Assembly (NCBI GenBank): GCA_963817885.1
Contig: CAWFQE010000002.1
Span: forward strand, 704,202-768,201
Origin: an uncultured Acidobacteriota bacterium
GTDB taxonomy: Bacteria; Acidobacteriota; Vicinamibacteria; Vicinamibacterales; JAKQTR01
Direction of reading: 5' to 3'
Length of the DNA: 64,000 bases
Numbering within the stretch: position 1 is the first letter of the stretch; the number at the start of each line of letters is the position of its first letter. The position numbers were made by a program, and so were the translations under genes. Below the pieces are notes generated by a model that saw only the letters and a program-made list of their open reading frames with translations, did not search any database and was not told where the DNA came from. Shown piece by piece: positions 10,016 through 19,595 of this stretch.

Positions 10016-10681
10016 TCACGGCAAGGGCTCGGCACCGCCGCCTCGCTTGTAGCTGATCGACAGCCCGCCCGGGGTCACGGTCGTCTCCAGGTACGGCAGG
10101 CCGGAGATGTACTCGTAGAAGTCGCCCGTCATCCCCCGGCGGAACCGGCTCGGCGACACGTTGTGCGCCGCCAGGCAGCCGCCCACGGTCAGCTTCGGCA
10201 GCACGGCCTTCGCATACGCCGTGTACCACTCCTTGTCGGCGTCGATGAAGACGAAGTCGAACGGGCCATCCAGCCGCGGCACCAGGTCGTGCGCATCGCC
10301 GAGACGCGCGTCGATGAACGGGTCGAGCCCGGCGGCCTTGAAGTTCTCGAGCGCCTGCCGATGGCGGCCCGGATCGATCTCGAGGGTGACGAGCCGGCCG
10401 CCCGTCCTGGCCAGCGCCCACGCGGTCCAGATGGCTGACCGGCCCGTGGACGTGCCGATCTCGAGTGCCCGCTTGTAGCCGTTCCTGACCACGATGTCGT
10501 GGAGCGCTCGCGCGTCGGCCTCCGGAACGTTGAGGTCGTGCCAGCCCGTGCGGTGCTCTTCGAGGAACTTCGTCACGCGCGCGTCGAGGCCGGGTGCCGG
10601 AGCGGGGACTGACTGCGCGCCGAGGATGCCGGCAAGACCCAGCAGAAGAATGACGACGGGCCGAAGGACGGTTGAGCCCAT
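10016..10681 (-). CDS. class I SAM-dependent O-methyltransferase (family 3, caffeoyl-CoA OMT-like) with signal peptide
   Basis: start MGSTVLRPVVILLLGLAGILGA; motifs ALEIGTSTGRSAIWTAWAL, FDFVFIDADKEWY, GGCLAAHN. Confidence 0.7.
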   Translation of the reverse strand: MGSTVLRPVVILLLGLAGILGAQSVPAPAPGLDARVTKFLEEHRTGWHDLNVPEADARALHDIVVRNGYKRALEIGTSTGRSAIWTAWALARTGGRLVTLEIDPGRHRQALENFKAAGLDPFIDARLGDAHDLVPRLDGPFDFVFIDADKEWYTAYAKAVLPKLTVGGCLAAHNVSPSRFRRGMTGDFYEYISGLPYLETTVTPGGLSISYKRGGGAEPLP

Positions 10682-10715
10682 GTGATCCTCCTCCGACACA
10701 AGTGAGCCTGAGGGG

Positions 10716-12374
10716 CTAGCGGTACCTCCAACTCGTGATGTCCGCGCCGGAGGGTGCCGTGCGCTCGATGTGCTGCGTCATCGCGTCGAGCAGCTCCCTG
10801 GCGCCAGGGCTGTAGCAGTGCGGCGCGCCGCGCTTGTAGGTGACGCTGCCCGCGTAATACGGTGTCCTGGTCGACTCCAGGAACTTCTCCATCAACTCGA
10901 CCGCATCGTCGAGATAGTAGGAGTCGTCATCGCCGACGTAGATGTGCAGCTTGCCCGCGAGCTTCGGGCCGAGCGTACTCCAGTTCTTCTCGAGCGTTGC
11001 GCGCAGGTCGTAATGGTCCTTCCAGTAGGCTGCCACCTGCTTGTCGATCTTCCCGGTCTTCTTGTCCCAGATGCGCTTCGGGTAGCCATCGGCGTCCACG
11101 GGGCCATAGGTCGCTTCCCAGATGTCCCACTGGCCGCCCGATCGTGAATGGTCGCCCTGCACCAGCTCGAACCAGTTCTCGTCCTTCATCATCGACGTGA
11201 TGTTCCCGTCGGGCGTCCGCGTGTTCGGACGCTCGATCCTGGTCCACGGGCGGAACAGGAAATAGGCGTTGTCGTCGTCGTAGATGTTGACGATCTGGTG
11301 GTAGCGGAAGTCCACCGAGTCGGGGCAGCTCGCCCACGTGCCGCCGAAGAAGTCCGGATGGAAGATCTGCAGCGCCAGCGCCTCCCAGCCCCCGGTCGAT
11401 CCGCCTGAGAGCTTGCGCGCCCACGGTTCGCGGATGACCCGGAATCTGTCCTCAACAGCCGCGATCAATTCCTGCATGATCGCGTCGCCGTACGGGCCGT
11501 TGTTCTCCGAGTTCACGGCGTAGGAGTCGTCGTAGTACGGCGATGGATGCTGGAAGGTCACGTAGAGGAAGCGCGGCGTGTCCTCGGCGAGCCAGAGCTT
11601 GTCGAACGCGCCGCCCGTGCCGAACCCTCCCGGCGCGCGGGTCGAGAAATGCCCCTGCGCGTAGTTCACCGGGTACTTCACGTTCGCGTGCCGGTCGTAG
11701 TCCTTCGGCAGGAGGACGGTCGCTCCGAGGTATATCGGCTGGCCCCACCACTTCGACAGGATGTCGCTCTTGAACTTGAGACGCTTGACGTAGTCGGTGT
11801 CCGGCTGGTCCGGAATCGGCGGAATGACCTGGTCGCACACCAGATCGATCGCGAGCGCCTTCGCGTCTTTCGACTGGGGATCGATGGTGATCTTCTTCGG
11901 CGTCGAGAACATGTTCCCCGGCGATCGGCGCCAGTTCTGGCCTTCCCACTGGTCCATGTGGAGCCACACCGTGTGGCCGTCCGCCCGCACGAACTTCGTG
12001 TACACGTTCACGAACGCCTGCACGTGGTACTCGCCCTTCGGGATGTCGTTCAGGCTGGAGACCGGATGCCCGAACACGCCGCCGTCGAGCTCGATCACGC
12101 TGCCGGGCCTCATGTTCTCGACGTTCAGTCCGAAGAGCGGCGCCGCGGTGGGCCCGGCCTGTTGGATTGGGCCGATGCCCCCGCCGCGGCCCGATGCAGG
12201 CGGAGCGTCAGCCCGGTTGATTGCCACGTAGACGCGGCCCGTTACGCCTTCCGCATGAGCGGACGCGGGAAACGACACGCGGAAGCGGAGGCCTTTTGCT
12301 GGCGGCGGAGCGGCGTACGCGAAGGTCGAGCATACGAGCAGGAGGATCAGCGTAGAGGGAATTCGTCTCATGAT
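10716..12374 (-). CDS. putative esterase (alpha/beta hydrolase, PF00756-like) with ~250-aa N-terminal beta-rich extension, secreted
   Basis: start MRRIPSTLILLLVCSTFAYA; GxSxG elbow in KLSGGSTGGWEALALQIFHPDFFGG. Confidence 0.6.
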   Translation of the reverse strand: MMRRIPSTLILLLVCSTFAYAAPPPAKGLRFRVSFPASAHAEGVTGRVYVAINRADAPPASGRGGGIGPIQQAGPTAAPLFGLNVENMRPGSVIELDGGVFGHPVSSLNDIPKGEYHVQAFVNVYTKFVRADGHTVWLHMDQWEGQNWRRSPGNMFSTPKKITIDPQSKDAKALAIDLVCDQVIPPIPDQPDTDYVKRLKFKSDILSKWWGQPIYLGATVLLPKDYDRHANVKYPVNYAQGHFSTRAPGGFGTGGAFDKLWLAEDTPRFLYVTFQHPSPYYDDSYAVNSENNGPYGDAIMQELIAAVEDRFRVIREPWARKLSGGSTGGWEALALQIFHPDFFGGTWASCPDSVDFRYHQIVNIYDDDNAYFLFRPWTRIERPNTRTPDGNITSMMKDENWFELVQGDHSRSGGQWDIWEATYGPVDADGYPKRIWDKKTGKIDKQVAAYWKDHYDLRATLEKNWSTLGPKLAGKLHIYVGDDDSYYLDDAVELMEKFLESTRTPYYAGSVTYKRGAPHCYSPGARELLDAMTQHIERTAPSGADITSWRYR

Positions 12375-12506
12375 CCTGGAAGGATAGCACGGTCCCGCCG
12401 CGCGCCGTCTGCGGCCGGCAGCCCGTTCGGGGCGCAGCCGCGCGCCCGGACTGGCGTATGATTTCGTGGAATCTGCCGCGTATATCACCCCCGCAGGGAG
12501 TCGATC

Positions 12507-13157
12507 ATGAATGGATCTGTTGTGATGGCCGTCGCGCTCTTACTGGCAATCCCTCAGGACACCAGGCCACCCGAGAAGTACCTTCATGCCGTCGAGTGGA
12601 CCGACCCGGCCGGAGACGTCGAGCCGATCAGCGCGAGCAGCGGAACGCGCCCCGGGTTCGACATCGTCAAGCTCAGGCTGGACAGTGACGGCACGGCGCT
12701 CACCATGACCGCCACGCTGAAGGGCCCGATGTCGGGAAATTGGGGTTCGAGCGTGCTCACGCTGTACCTCGATGCCGACAGGAACCTCGCGACCGGGTAC
12801 ACGACCTTCTGGACCAAGATCCCCGGGTTCGAGCTGAAGGCGGAACTGCAAGCGTGCGTCGACTACGTTGATGGAGGGGAGGCGTGCGTCGGCAGCCTCA
12901 CGGGGGCGAAGGTCAAGGGGTATCACGCCGAGGCCACGCTCGGCAGGGTGACCGACAAGAGCGGAAACACCACACCGATCATCAAGCCGTTCTCGGAGCC
13001 GGAGCAGCCAATCAAGGGCGCGGTCGTGTCGGCGTCGCTGACCTACAAGGACCTCGGCGTGAAGCCGGGCCAGACCATCCGGCTGCTGGCCAGCGAGACG
13101 TGCGGGCGCCCCGGCGAGTCGGCCGAATTTCCGGTGGCGTTGCTGACGCTCAAGTAG
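12507..13157 (+). CDS. hypothetical secreted protein
   Basis: 216-aa ORF, hydrophobic N-terminus, coding-like composition, no recognised motif. Confidence 0.4.
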   Translation: MNGSVVMAVALLLAIPQDTRPPEKYLHAVEWTDPAGDVEPISASSGTRPGFDIVKLRLDSDGTALTMTATLKGPMSGNWGSSVLTLYLDADRNLATGYTTFWTKIPGFELKAELQACVDYVDGGEACVGSLTGAKVKGYHAEATLGRVTDKSGNTTPIIKPFSEPEQPIKGAVVSASLTYKDLGVKPGQTIRLLASETCGRPGESAEFPVALLTLK

Positions 13158-13163
13158 CAGGAG

Positions 13164-13186
13164 GCGGGCGGAGGCGTAGCGCCCGC
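13164..13186. terminator. GC hairpin GCGGGCG-gaggcgtag-CGCCCGC between convergent genes
   Basis: 7-bp stem 7 nt after the stop of the 12507..13157 gene; no T-tract. Confidence 0.25.
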
Positions 13187-13401
13187 GGGCGAGACCAGCG
13201 CGCCTTCGCCTCAACGCAAGCCGCGTGATGGCCGGTCTATGTCTGGATCGAACGGTTTCAGCGTAGACGAGGAGGACTGATGTTCGGCCAGGGGGAGCGT
13301 GCCTGGACGGGCCGCGGGAGGCGAAGTGGAAGCAGAGGGCTGGGCGCCTGCAGGCATGAATCCCGTGCCCGCGGCGCCCCGGTGTACCTGAGGCGGCGTC
13401 T

Positions 13402-14445
13402 TCAGTGGAGCGTCACGCCGACCGCCACGGTGACGGTGAAGTACCTGTTGTAGCGCATGACGTAGTCGAGCCTGGCGAAGACCGGGATGGACAGCAGGGG
13501 GCTGGTTATAACGTTGACTCCCACGGCAGCCATGGCGCCAAGATTGACCTCGGCGCCGGAGGTTGTCTCGTCGCTCGACGAGTACGTGCTCCTCGAACAC
13601 ATTTCTGGAACTCCAGAAGACGTAATGGCCGCCGAGCCGGAACTGGAGAATGAACCTCGACCCCGGCCGCTGCAATTCGACGAGGCCGAGAAGAGCGGCG
13701 CTGTTCTCCTTCTCGTCAAAATCGCTCGTCAGGATGATCCTTCCGTCCGCGGCACCCGTGTCGAACCTGGCGGACATGAGTTCCTGAAGCGCGAATTCCG
13801 CGCCGAATTTCAGGCCGCTCGCTCGCGACCCGAACACGAACTGCAACCCGCCACCGCCGCTCCCTTGTTCAACGTCAGGAACTGCTCCAGGCTGCCGCCA
13901 CCGACCTGGCTGAAGTCGAGTTCCGCCGCTGTTGACCCTTTCAGAAGCGCTCCGACTCTCGCGTAGGGCCGGAACTGCAGGCTCTTCGGTCCGGCTCCGG
14001 CACCGGTCTGGGCCGCCGGCCTCGTGCCGTGCGGCGGCTCCTGCACCCGCTCGTCCTGGCGTTCGCGCACAGGCTCCACCGCCGGCTGCCGGACCGGGTC
14101 CGGCGCACGCTCGGTCGCCGGTTCGGCCTTCGCCGCGTCGGTGCCGACCACGGTGACGAGCAACTCGTGGACGTAGCCGTAGAAGGTACGCCCGCTCCCG
14201 TCGGGTAGGAGCGCGACCCGATACCATCTGCCCTCTTTGGACGTGGCGGAAAGAAGTGTGCCCGCGGGCACGGTCACGCGGGTGGCACTGGCCGAGTCTG
14301 TCGTTGATCTGATCCCGGCAGATTGCGCGGTAACCCTGAGCACGGTTTCGGTCGCGAGCGCGACGGTAGACGATACGGAGATCAGGATGATTGCCAATCC
14401 GAGGAGATGAACACCGCCGGAGCGCGAACGGTTTCTCATTGGCAT
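13402..14445 (-). CDS. SH3b-domain protein fused to an outer-membrane beta-barrel; two frameshifts (~13860 and ~13600)
   Basis: signal peptide MPMRNRSRSGGVHLLGLAIILISVSSTVALA; SH3b-like TETVLRVTAQSAGIRS...GRWYRVALLPDGSGRTFYGYVHELL; Pro/Glu/Ala linker; beta-strand-like segments continue in two other frames (GGGLQFVFGSRASGLKFGAEFALQEL..., ...AEVNLGAMAAVGVNVITSPLLSIPVFARLDYVMRYNRYFTVTVAVGVTLH*). Confidence 0.45.
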
Positions 14446-14738
14446 GCCTCCAAAGGGGTTCCGGATGACATGGGCCAAATCGTCTGGCGTAGCCAGCTGT
14501 CCCGCCCCAGTTCTGTCAAGCGCCCGTCTCGTGCGCCCGTCTCGTGCCAAAGAACGTGCTGTCGGGGAAGATACCGTCGCCTAACGAATCGGATACACCA
14601 GGACCGCAAGCATTCAGAGCGGCTCCCTCACCGAGTGGCGGAGCAGAACTCAACTGCCTGATGAGCGATGCCCGGCGGGTCTCGACCGGCCGAGCCACGC
14701 GCCTGTGCGGCCTGTACCGAGGGTGCGGATGGCCCACC

Positions 14739-15002
14739 CTACTCGGAAATGTCACGCCCGGCGAAGCGGACGATGGACGGCAGGGCGATGAAGAGCGGCG
14801 TGACGGCAGTGACGACGAGGAAGTCCGCGCCGGTATGCACCCGTTGAAATGTTGAGGCCCACGTGTCGGGAGACGGGCTCCGCAACTCACCGAACGGAAA
14901 GAAGAAGTACCGCATCCGCACGAATCGCGGCGAGACCAGGTCGACGGCGGGTTGTTCGCCGAAGCGCTTGACGACGTGCTCGATTCTAACCAGTCCAGTC
15001 AT
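14739..15002 (-). CDS. small hypothetical protein, 4-nt ATGA overlap with upstream HTH gene
   Basis: 87-aa ORF with hydrophobic C-terminal half; operon position only. Confidence 0.3.
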   Translation of the reverse strand: MTGLVRIEHVVKRFGEQPAVDLVSPRFVRMRYFFFPFGELRSPSPDTWASTFQRVHTGADFLVVTAVTPLFIALPSIVRFAGRDISE

Positions 15003-15223
15003 CGGCTTGCGCTGCCCTTCGCCTCCTCATCGAGCGTGAAGATGCGCTCGATCGGCTGCGCGAAGAGCCGGCCGATGTGAAAGGCGAGCGGCAGGCTGGG
15101 ATCGTAGCGGCCGGTTTCAATGGCGTTCACCGTCTGTCTTGAAACGCCCAGGCGCGCGGCGAGATCGGACTGCGACCACTGTCTGGCGGCGCGCAGGACG
15201 CGCAAGCTGTTCGTCACGGCCAT
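14999..15223 (-). CDS. XRE-family helix-turn-helix transcriptional regulator (YozG-like)
   Basis: MAVTNSLRVLRAARQWSQSDLAARLGVSRQTVNAIETGRYDPSLPLAFHIGRLF is a textbook Cro/C1 HTH. Confidence 0.85.
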   Translation of the reverse strand: MAVTNSLRVLRAARQWSQSDLAARLGVSRQTVNAIETGRYDPSLPLAFHIGRLFAQPIERIFTLDEEAKGSASR

Positions 15224-15229
15224 GCACCT

Positions 15230-15838
15230 CTACCTGTAGCGGCGGGCCGTCGTCAGCCAGCCAATCCACCACAGCACGAGCAGCCCCATCACCACCCACT
15301 GCGCCCGAAGCGGAGGCAGCCAGGGCTCGAAGAGCGCGTACGCCATCGCCATCGGCAACGCCAGCACGAGACCAACCGCCGCACCGTCGACCTGGATGCG
15401 GCGCCGGAGCTCATCGGTGCGCACGAGGAGGCGCGAGAAGAGCAGGATCGCCGCGGCGGTGAGCGCCATGCCGCAGACGCCCCACTCGAGCCGCCACGAG
15501 GCGGCGTCACCGGAGTCGAGAAGCGCGATGTTCAGCGCGGCGAGCGGCAGCAGCCAGACATCGGCGCGATGCCGCACCATGCGCCACGTTGCCAGACCGG
15601 CAATCACCAGGACGCAGAGGGCCGACGCGCCGAGCAAGGGGTAGGTAAGGCCGGGTTCCGGGTTGTGCGGACCGGCCAGGCGCCCAAGCACACTGCCGCC
15701 GACCGATGCCAGGGCGGCTAGGACGAACCATCCGGCGCCGGTGTACCGGGAGCTGGAGGTCGATTCGAGTTCGAGCACCTGTACCCTCCGGGCATGAATG
15801 TAAAGCCTGTTTGTCATGTTGTCAAATGTATTTGACAT
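15230..15838 (-). CDS. DUF2975-like polytopic membrane protein (usual partner of YozG-type HTH)
   Basis: four predicted TM helices, directly upstream of the HTH gene; true start probably internal (M8 at 15817 or a GTG ~15784) because an 18-bp palindrome overlaps the longest-ORF ATG. Confidence 0.5.
   Translation of the reverse strand: MSNTFDNMTNRLYIHARRVQVLELESTSSSRYTGAGWFVLAALASVGGSVLGRLAGPHNPEPGLTYPLLGASALCVLVIAGLATWRMVRHRADVWLLPLAALNIALLDSGDAASWRLEWGVCGMALTAAAILLFSRLLVRTDELRRRIQVDGAAVGLVLALPMAMAYALFEPWLPPLRAQWVVMGLLVLWWIGWLTTARRYR
15797..15838 (-). promoter_or_regulatory. candidate operator/promoter: perfect palindrome TGTCAAAT-gt-ATTTGACA (~15820-15837), upstream half-site TTGTCA, and minus-strand TTGACA-17nt-TACATT
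   Basis: read directly; AT-rich island in a GC-rich genome overlapping the 5' end of the membrane-protein/HTH operon. Confidence 0.45.
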
Positions 15839-16171
15839 CTACCTGCTTCCACTGGGTCGCCACGGGATTGAACTCAGAGGAAGGACTACACCGTCAGATG
15901 GAGCCTGGCGCGGTAGCGGGGCGTGTAGATCAGACGGTCAGATTATCCGCGACGACAATGACTCGGACATGCCTGCGAAGCAAGCGCTGCTTCGTCAGCG
16001 CGCCTTCCGCAGAGCCTCGATCATCGCCTCCCGCTTCGCCGCCGCATCGACCACCAGGATGGCGCGATCGTACTGACCGGACGTGAAGCCGTAATCGAGG
16101 CCCGGCCGCCACGGGTTCTTCGCCAGCCGCGGAGCCGCCCGACGGCAGCGGTGCTGTCCGGGCGGCGGCAA

Positions 16172-16654
16172 TCATGGCGCGGAGGCCCTCGTTGATTCGT
16201 GCTCGAGCCGGATGCGCAAGCGACCGTCAATGCGTACGAGCAGGGCCGTGTAGGAGACAGGATCGCCCATCGGTTTGCCAGGTTCCTTCCAGCGAAACAC
16301 GCCGACCACAACCACGGCATCCGGCCCGAGCGATTCGTACCTGAGGTCGGCGAAGTCAAACGTCTCGGGCCCTTGCCAGGTCCGGTAGAACGACTTGATC
16401 TTCTCGGGTGTTCAGAACTCATTCATCCCGTCGCCCTGCGAGAAGCATCCCCTCGGATCGTATCTGGCGATGATGGCCTCGCGGTCGTGCGCACGCAGCT
16501 CCCGGGCATACGCCGTCATGAAGGCCTCGGCCTCCGTTCTGGTGTCCGCTGTTGCGGCTGGGATCTGTGCCGATGGTCTGCAGGCGACGGCGCATGCAGC
16601 GAGCGTCAGGGCGACGAAGATGCGATTGGCTACCATCCTTGCACGGACCTCCAC
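16172..16654 (-). CDS. DUF4440/SnoaL-like (NTF2-fold) lipoprotein interrupted by an in-frame TGA at 16412-16414
   Basis: lipobox LAAC in MVANRIFVALTLAACAVAC; coding continues in the same frame after the TGA (TPEKIKSFYRTWQGPETFDFADLRYESLGPDAVVVVGVFRWKEPGKPMGDPVSYTALLVRIDGRLRIRLEH) to a TGA at ~16172. Confidence 0.45.
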
Positions 16655-17148
16655 GGTACCGGTTTATCGGCTCGCGCTCATTGCGACAGGTGGCTGCTTG
16701 AGCTGCTCTCGATCGCTCACGCGCACGACAGGCGATATTAGCGCACCGGGGGGCTCCAAGGTCCAAGCTCAACGCAGCATGACGCCCTTCTCGGAGCCCG
16801 GGATTCGCGGTTTACGGTCGCCAGTGCCTGGCAGGACTGGCACTGCGACACAGCAGGCGAGACCCGGGGTCCGGCTCAGGGCGACCTATGCTCTCCGGAC
16901 GCGCCGGTCTCGCACCGCCGCCCGCCACCGTCCGGATTGGAGGCCAACATGTCCGCGACGAATCGTCCGCCGCTCATCATGCTCGGCTGGCAGAGCGACC
17001 GCTGGTGCTCGCGCGCAACCTGCCCGACCGCCGTCAACGAGTCCGGGCACGTAGTCGGCGTGCGAGAAGACCATCAGAAACGGCGCCTTCGCGATCCCCT
17101 CGACTCGCCTGGCTCGCCCTGCTAACGTGGCAGTCGGAGGATCTTGCC

Positions 17149-17640
17149 ATGCCGATTTCGCAGAAACTACTGCCCGAATTCGATCAGGAGATGAAATCGA
17201 CTCGACGGCTGCTGGAACGGGTACCCTCCGACAAGGCCGAATGGAAACCCCACGCGAAGTCGTTCGCGCTGGCGCATCTCGCCCAGCTGGTCGCGTGGAT
17301 GCCCGGCTGGATCGCCAACACGCTTCGAGAGACCGAGCTCGACATGGCCCGCTTTCCCGGCTACAGCTTCGAGAAGACGGAGACGCTGCTCGAACTCTTC
17401 GACGGCAACGTGCGGGACGCTCGCGAGGCGATCGCCAGCTCGACCGACGCCGACTTCGAGGTGATCTGGTCGCTCAAGCGCGGGCCGCAGGTGCTGATGT
17501 CGATGCCCCGCGAGAGCGTCGTGCGCCAGCACATCAGCCATCTGTCGCACCATCGCGGTCAGCTGACCGTGTACCTTCGCCTGCTCGATGTGCCCATTCC
17601 CTCGATCTACGGACCGACGGCGGACGAGAAGTGGGGGTAG
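17149..17640 (+). CDS. DinB/YfiT-like (DinB_2) family protein
   Basis: ATG 17149 eight nt after GGAGG (17136-17140); His-containing motifs LAHLAQLVAWMPGW and HLSHHRGQLTVYLRL. Confidence 0.7.
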   Translation: MPISQKLLPEFDQEMKSTRRLLERVPSDKAEWKPHAKSFALAHLAQLVAWMPGWIANTLRETELDMARFPGYSFEKTETLLELFDGNVRDAREAIASSTDADFEVIWSLKRGPQVLMSMPRESVVRQHISHLSHHRGQLTVYLRLLDVPIPSIYGPTADEKWG

Positions 17641-17941
17641 CCGTCGCGCTGCGCTACCTGCCCGAACGGCAGATGCGCGGGAACCTGGGCGTCAGCGCGC
17701 AGCCCGTCCGTATTCCACCGGCGCAGCGGGCCGGCGGGGACTGTGGCACCTTGCGACCTCGCGAGGGCACGTCACGCATCGGGTCTGACTCCGGGCCGGC
17801 ACCTCAGACCGGCCGGTACCTCTTACACGCCGGGACACCACCTCGCGTGCCCTCTTGCGTGCGTTTTCTGCATAGGCTCCGAAACCAGGCCGATCGGCTG
17901 GCGCCTTTCACTGGCACAGAACGTGAATTGAGCCAACCTGT

Positions 17942-17961
17942 ACCGGCGCGTCCGCGCCGGT
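17942..17961. promoter_or_regulatory. 20-bp palindrome ACCGGCGCG-tc-CGCGCCGGT ~30 nt upstream of the 17993 start
   Basis: read directly; 2-nt centre argues for a dimeric protein site rather than an RNA hairpin. Confidence 0.3.
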
Positions 17962-17992
17962 AAATCGAGTGCACCAAGAAAGGGGGCAAACC

Positions 17993-18388
17993 ATGAAGCA
18001 CCGCATCATGGCGCTGGGCGTCGGTTTCGCCGTCGTCATAGCGCTTGCCGCGACAGGACGGGTTGCGGGCCAGGAGCCGCAGCAGCCGAAGTCCGAGGAG
18101 ACGACGCTGACCGGGTGCGTCGTGCAGGGAACCGGGCCCACCGTGTTCATTCTCGAGAACGCCAAGGTCGACACGCACGACCAGACCGAAAAGGGACGGA
18201 TGTACATCCTGGTCAGCAACGTCGTGACGCTGTCGTTCCGGGAGCACGTGAACCACGAAGTCACGGTGACCGGCCTTGCTGAACAGACGATGACGCCGAA
18301 CCCGCCTGTCGATGAAAAGGTCAAGGAAGCAGACCTGCCGAAGTTCAAGGCGACGAAGCTCACGCAAGTCGCTACGACCTGCAGCTAG
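17993..18388 (+). CDS. hypothetical secreted protein
   Basis: start MKHRIMALGVGFAVVIALAATGRVAG (signal peptide), preceded by GGGGG; 131 aa, no recognised motif. Confidence 0.45.
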   Translation: MKHRIMALGVGFAVVIALAATGRVAGQEPQQPKSEETTLTGCVVQGTGPTVFILENAKVDTHDQTEKGRMYILVSNVVTLSFREHVNHEVTVTGLAEQTMTPNPPVDEKVKEADLPKFKATKLTQVATTCS

Positions 18389-18438
18389 GCGCCTTCGCGA
18401 CGATCCAATTGAGGAAGGGAGATAGCACGGAGAAGAAC

Positions 18439-18464
18439 GGGGCGAGTCGTGCGCGGCTCGCCCC
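18439..18464. terminator. GC hairpin GGGGCGAG-tcgtgcgcgg-CTCGCCCC between convergent genes
   Basis: 8-bp stem, 10-nt loop, between stops at 18388 (+) and 18481 (-); no T-tract. Confidence 0.3.
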
Positions 18465-18480
18465 GCCTCGACGCCAGGGA

Positions 18481-19329
18481 TCAGTGGTGTCGGCCTGATG
18501 CCGCGACCGCCTGGCCGTCCACTCGCTCGTGCAGGAGTTGCCGCACGCCCTTCAGAAGGTCCTCGTCCCGAAGGTCGACGAATCGGATGACGCCTTCCGC
18601 GTCCAGCACGTAGGTCGTCGGCCAACCCAGCACGTTCCATTCCGACGCGATCGAGCCCCGGCCGCTCCCGGCCTCGGGGGGATCCCACCAGGATCGGTAG
18701 GTGAGTCCGTGCTGTGCCTTCAGGTGCCTGACGGACTCCGCGACGCCCGTGTCCACGCCCACGATGGCAAAGGGCCAGTTGGAATACAAATCCTGCATCA
18801 GCCGGTAGTAGGGATACTGGCTCCGGCAGATCCCGCACCAGTCGGCGGAAAACGTGAGCACGACGACCTTGCCTCGAAACTCACTCAGCTTGAACGCCCT
18901 GCCGTCCAGATCCGTCCCGCTCGTCTCGGGAGCCTTCTTGCCGACGGCGAGCGCGCGCAGCATGAAGCTGGATCGCTCGACCGGGCCCTGATAGCTGGCA
19001 TTCGATCGCCCGATGGCCAGCAGGCGCGAGAGCACCGCCGTCTCCTGGGACGGCGTCAGCCGGCCGGCCTGGAGCCGCCTGGCAAAACTCCACAACGTCT
19101 GGCGGGCGTCTTCGACGGAGGGTGCCGGCCGCTGGCGCACGAGCGCGGCCTCGAGCGAATCAACCAGTCCGGCCAGCTCGCGATCGGTGAACCCGGTGAC
19201 TTCGAGTTCCGTGGAGGCCGGTACTTCGAACACGGGATGCTGGCGGGCCCCGGCCGGGCCCGGCCAGAGCACGACGGCCATGGCAGCGAGGACGAATGTG
19301 AATGCGTTGCGAACCTTCATGGACTTCAT
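18481..19329 (-). CDS. TlpA-like thioredoxin-fold thiol-disulfide oxidoreductase (redoxin), secreted
   Basis: signal peptide; CxxC active site in VVVLTFSADWCGICRSQYPYY. Confidence 0.7.
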   Translation of the reverse strand: MKSMKVRNAFTFVLAAMAVVLWPGPAGARQHPVFEVPASTELEVTGFTDRELAGLVDSLEAALVRQRPAPSVEDARQTLWSFARRLQAGRLTPSQETAVLSRLLAIGRSNASYQGPVERSSFMLRALAVGKKAPETSGTDLDGRAFKLSEFRGKVVVLTFSADWCGICRSQYPYYRLMQDLYSNWPFAIVGVDTGVAESVRHLKAQHGLTYRSWWDPPEAGSGRGSIASEWNVLGWPTTYVLDAEGVIRFVDLRDEDLLKGVRQLLHERVDGQAVAASGRHH

Positions 19330-19595
19330 GGGTCGGCATTCGGCCGATTCTTCCTGATCGTGTTTCGGCAGAACGGAGAAGAACTTTAGTCGATCGGGCC
19401 GGCAATTCCAGTCCGGCCCCGGTCGTCTCGCCGGAGGCGCGCGTCGACGTGGAAGAGCACGTCGCTCACGAAGCCGTGCAGGAGCAGGTCGATCTGAGGA
19501 ACGATGGGCGATATCAGGCCACCGAGAAGTCCCAGGTCCAGGCTCAATGCGATATCACGCCCTTTTCGGATCGCGGGATTCGCGGTTCACCGAGA

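Noticed and set aside
16412-16414. In-frame TGA as selenocysteine
   Set aside because: I could not find a SECIS-like stem-loop in the following ~60 nt, the protein family (NTF2-like) is not a selenoprotein family, and no sel genes are in the window.
17743-17765. TGGCAC...TTGCG as a sigma-54 promoter
   Set aside because: The GG and GC elements are adjacent rather than separated by the required ~10 nt.
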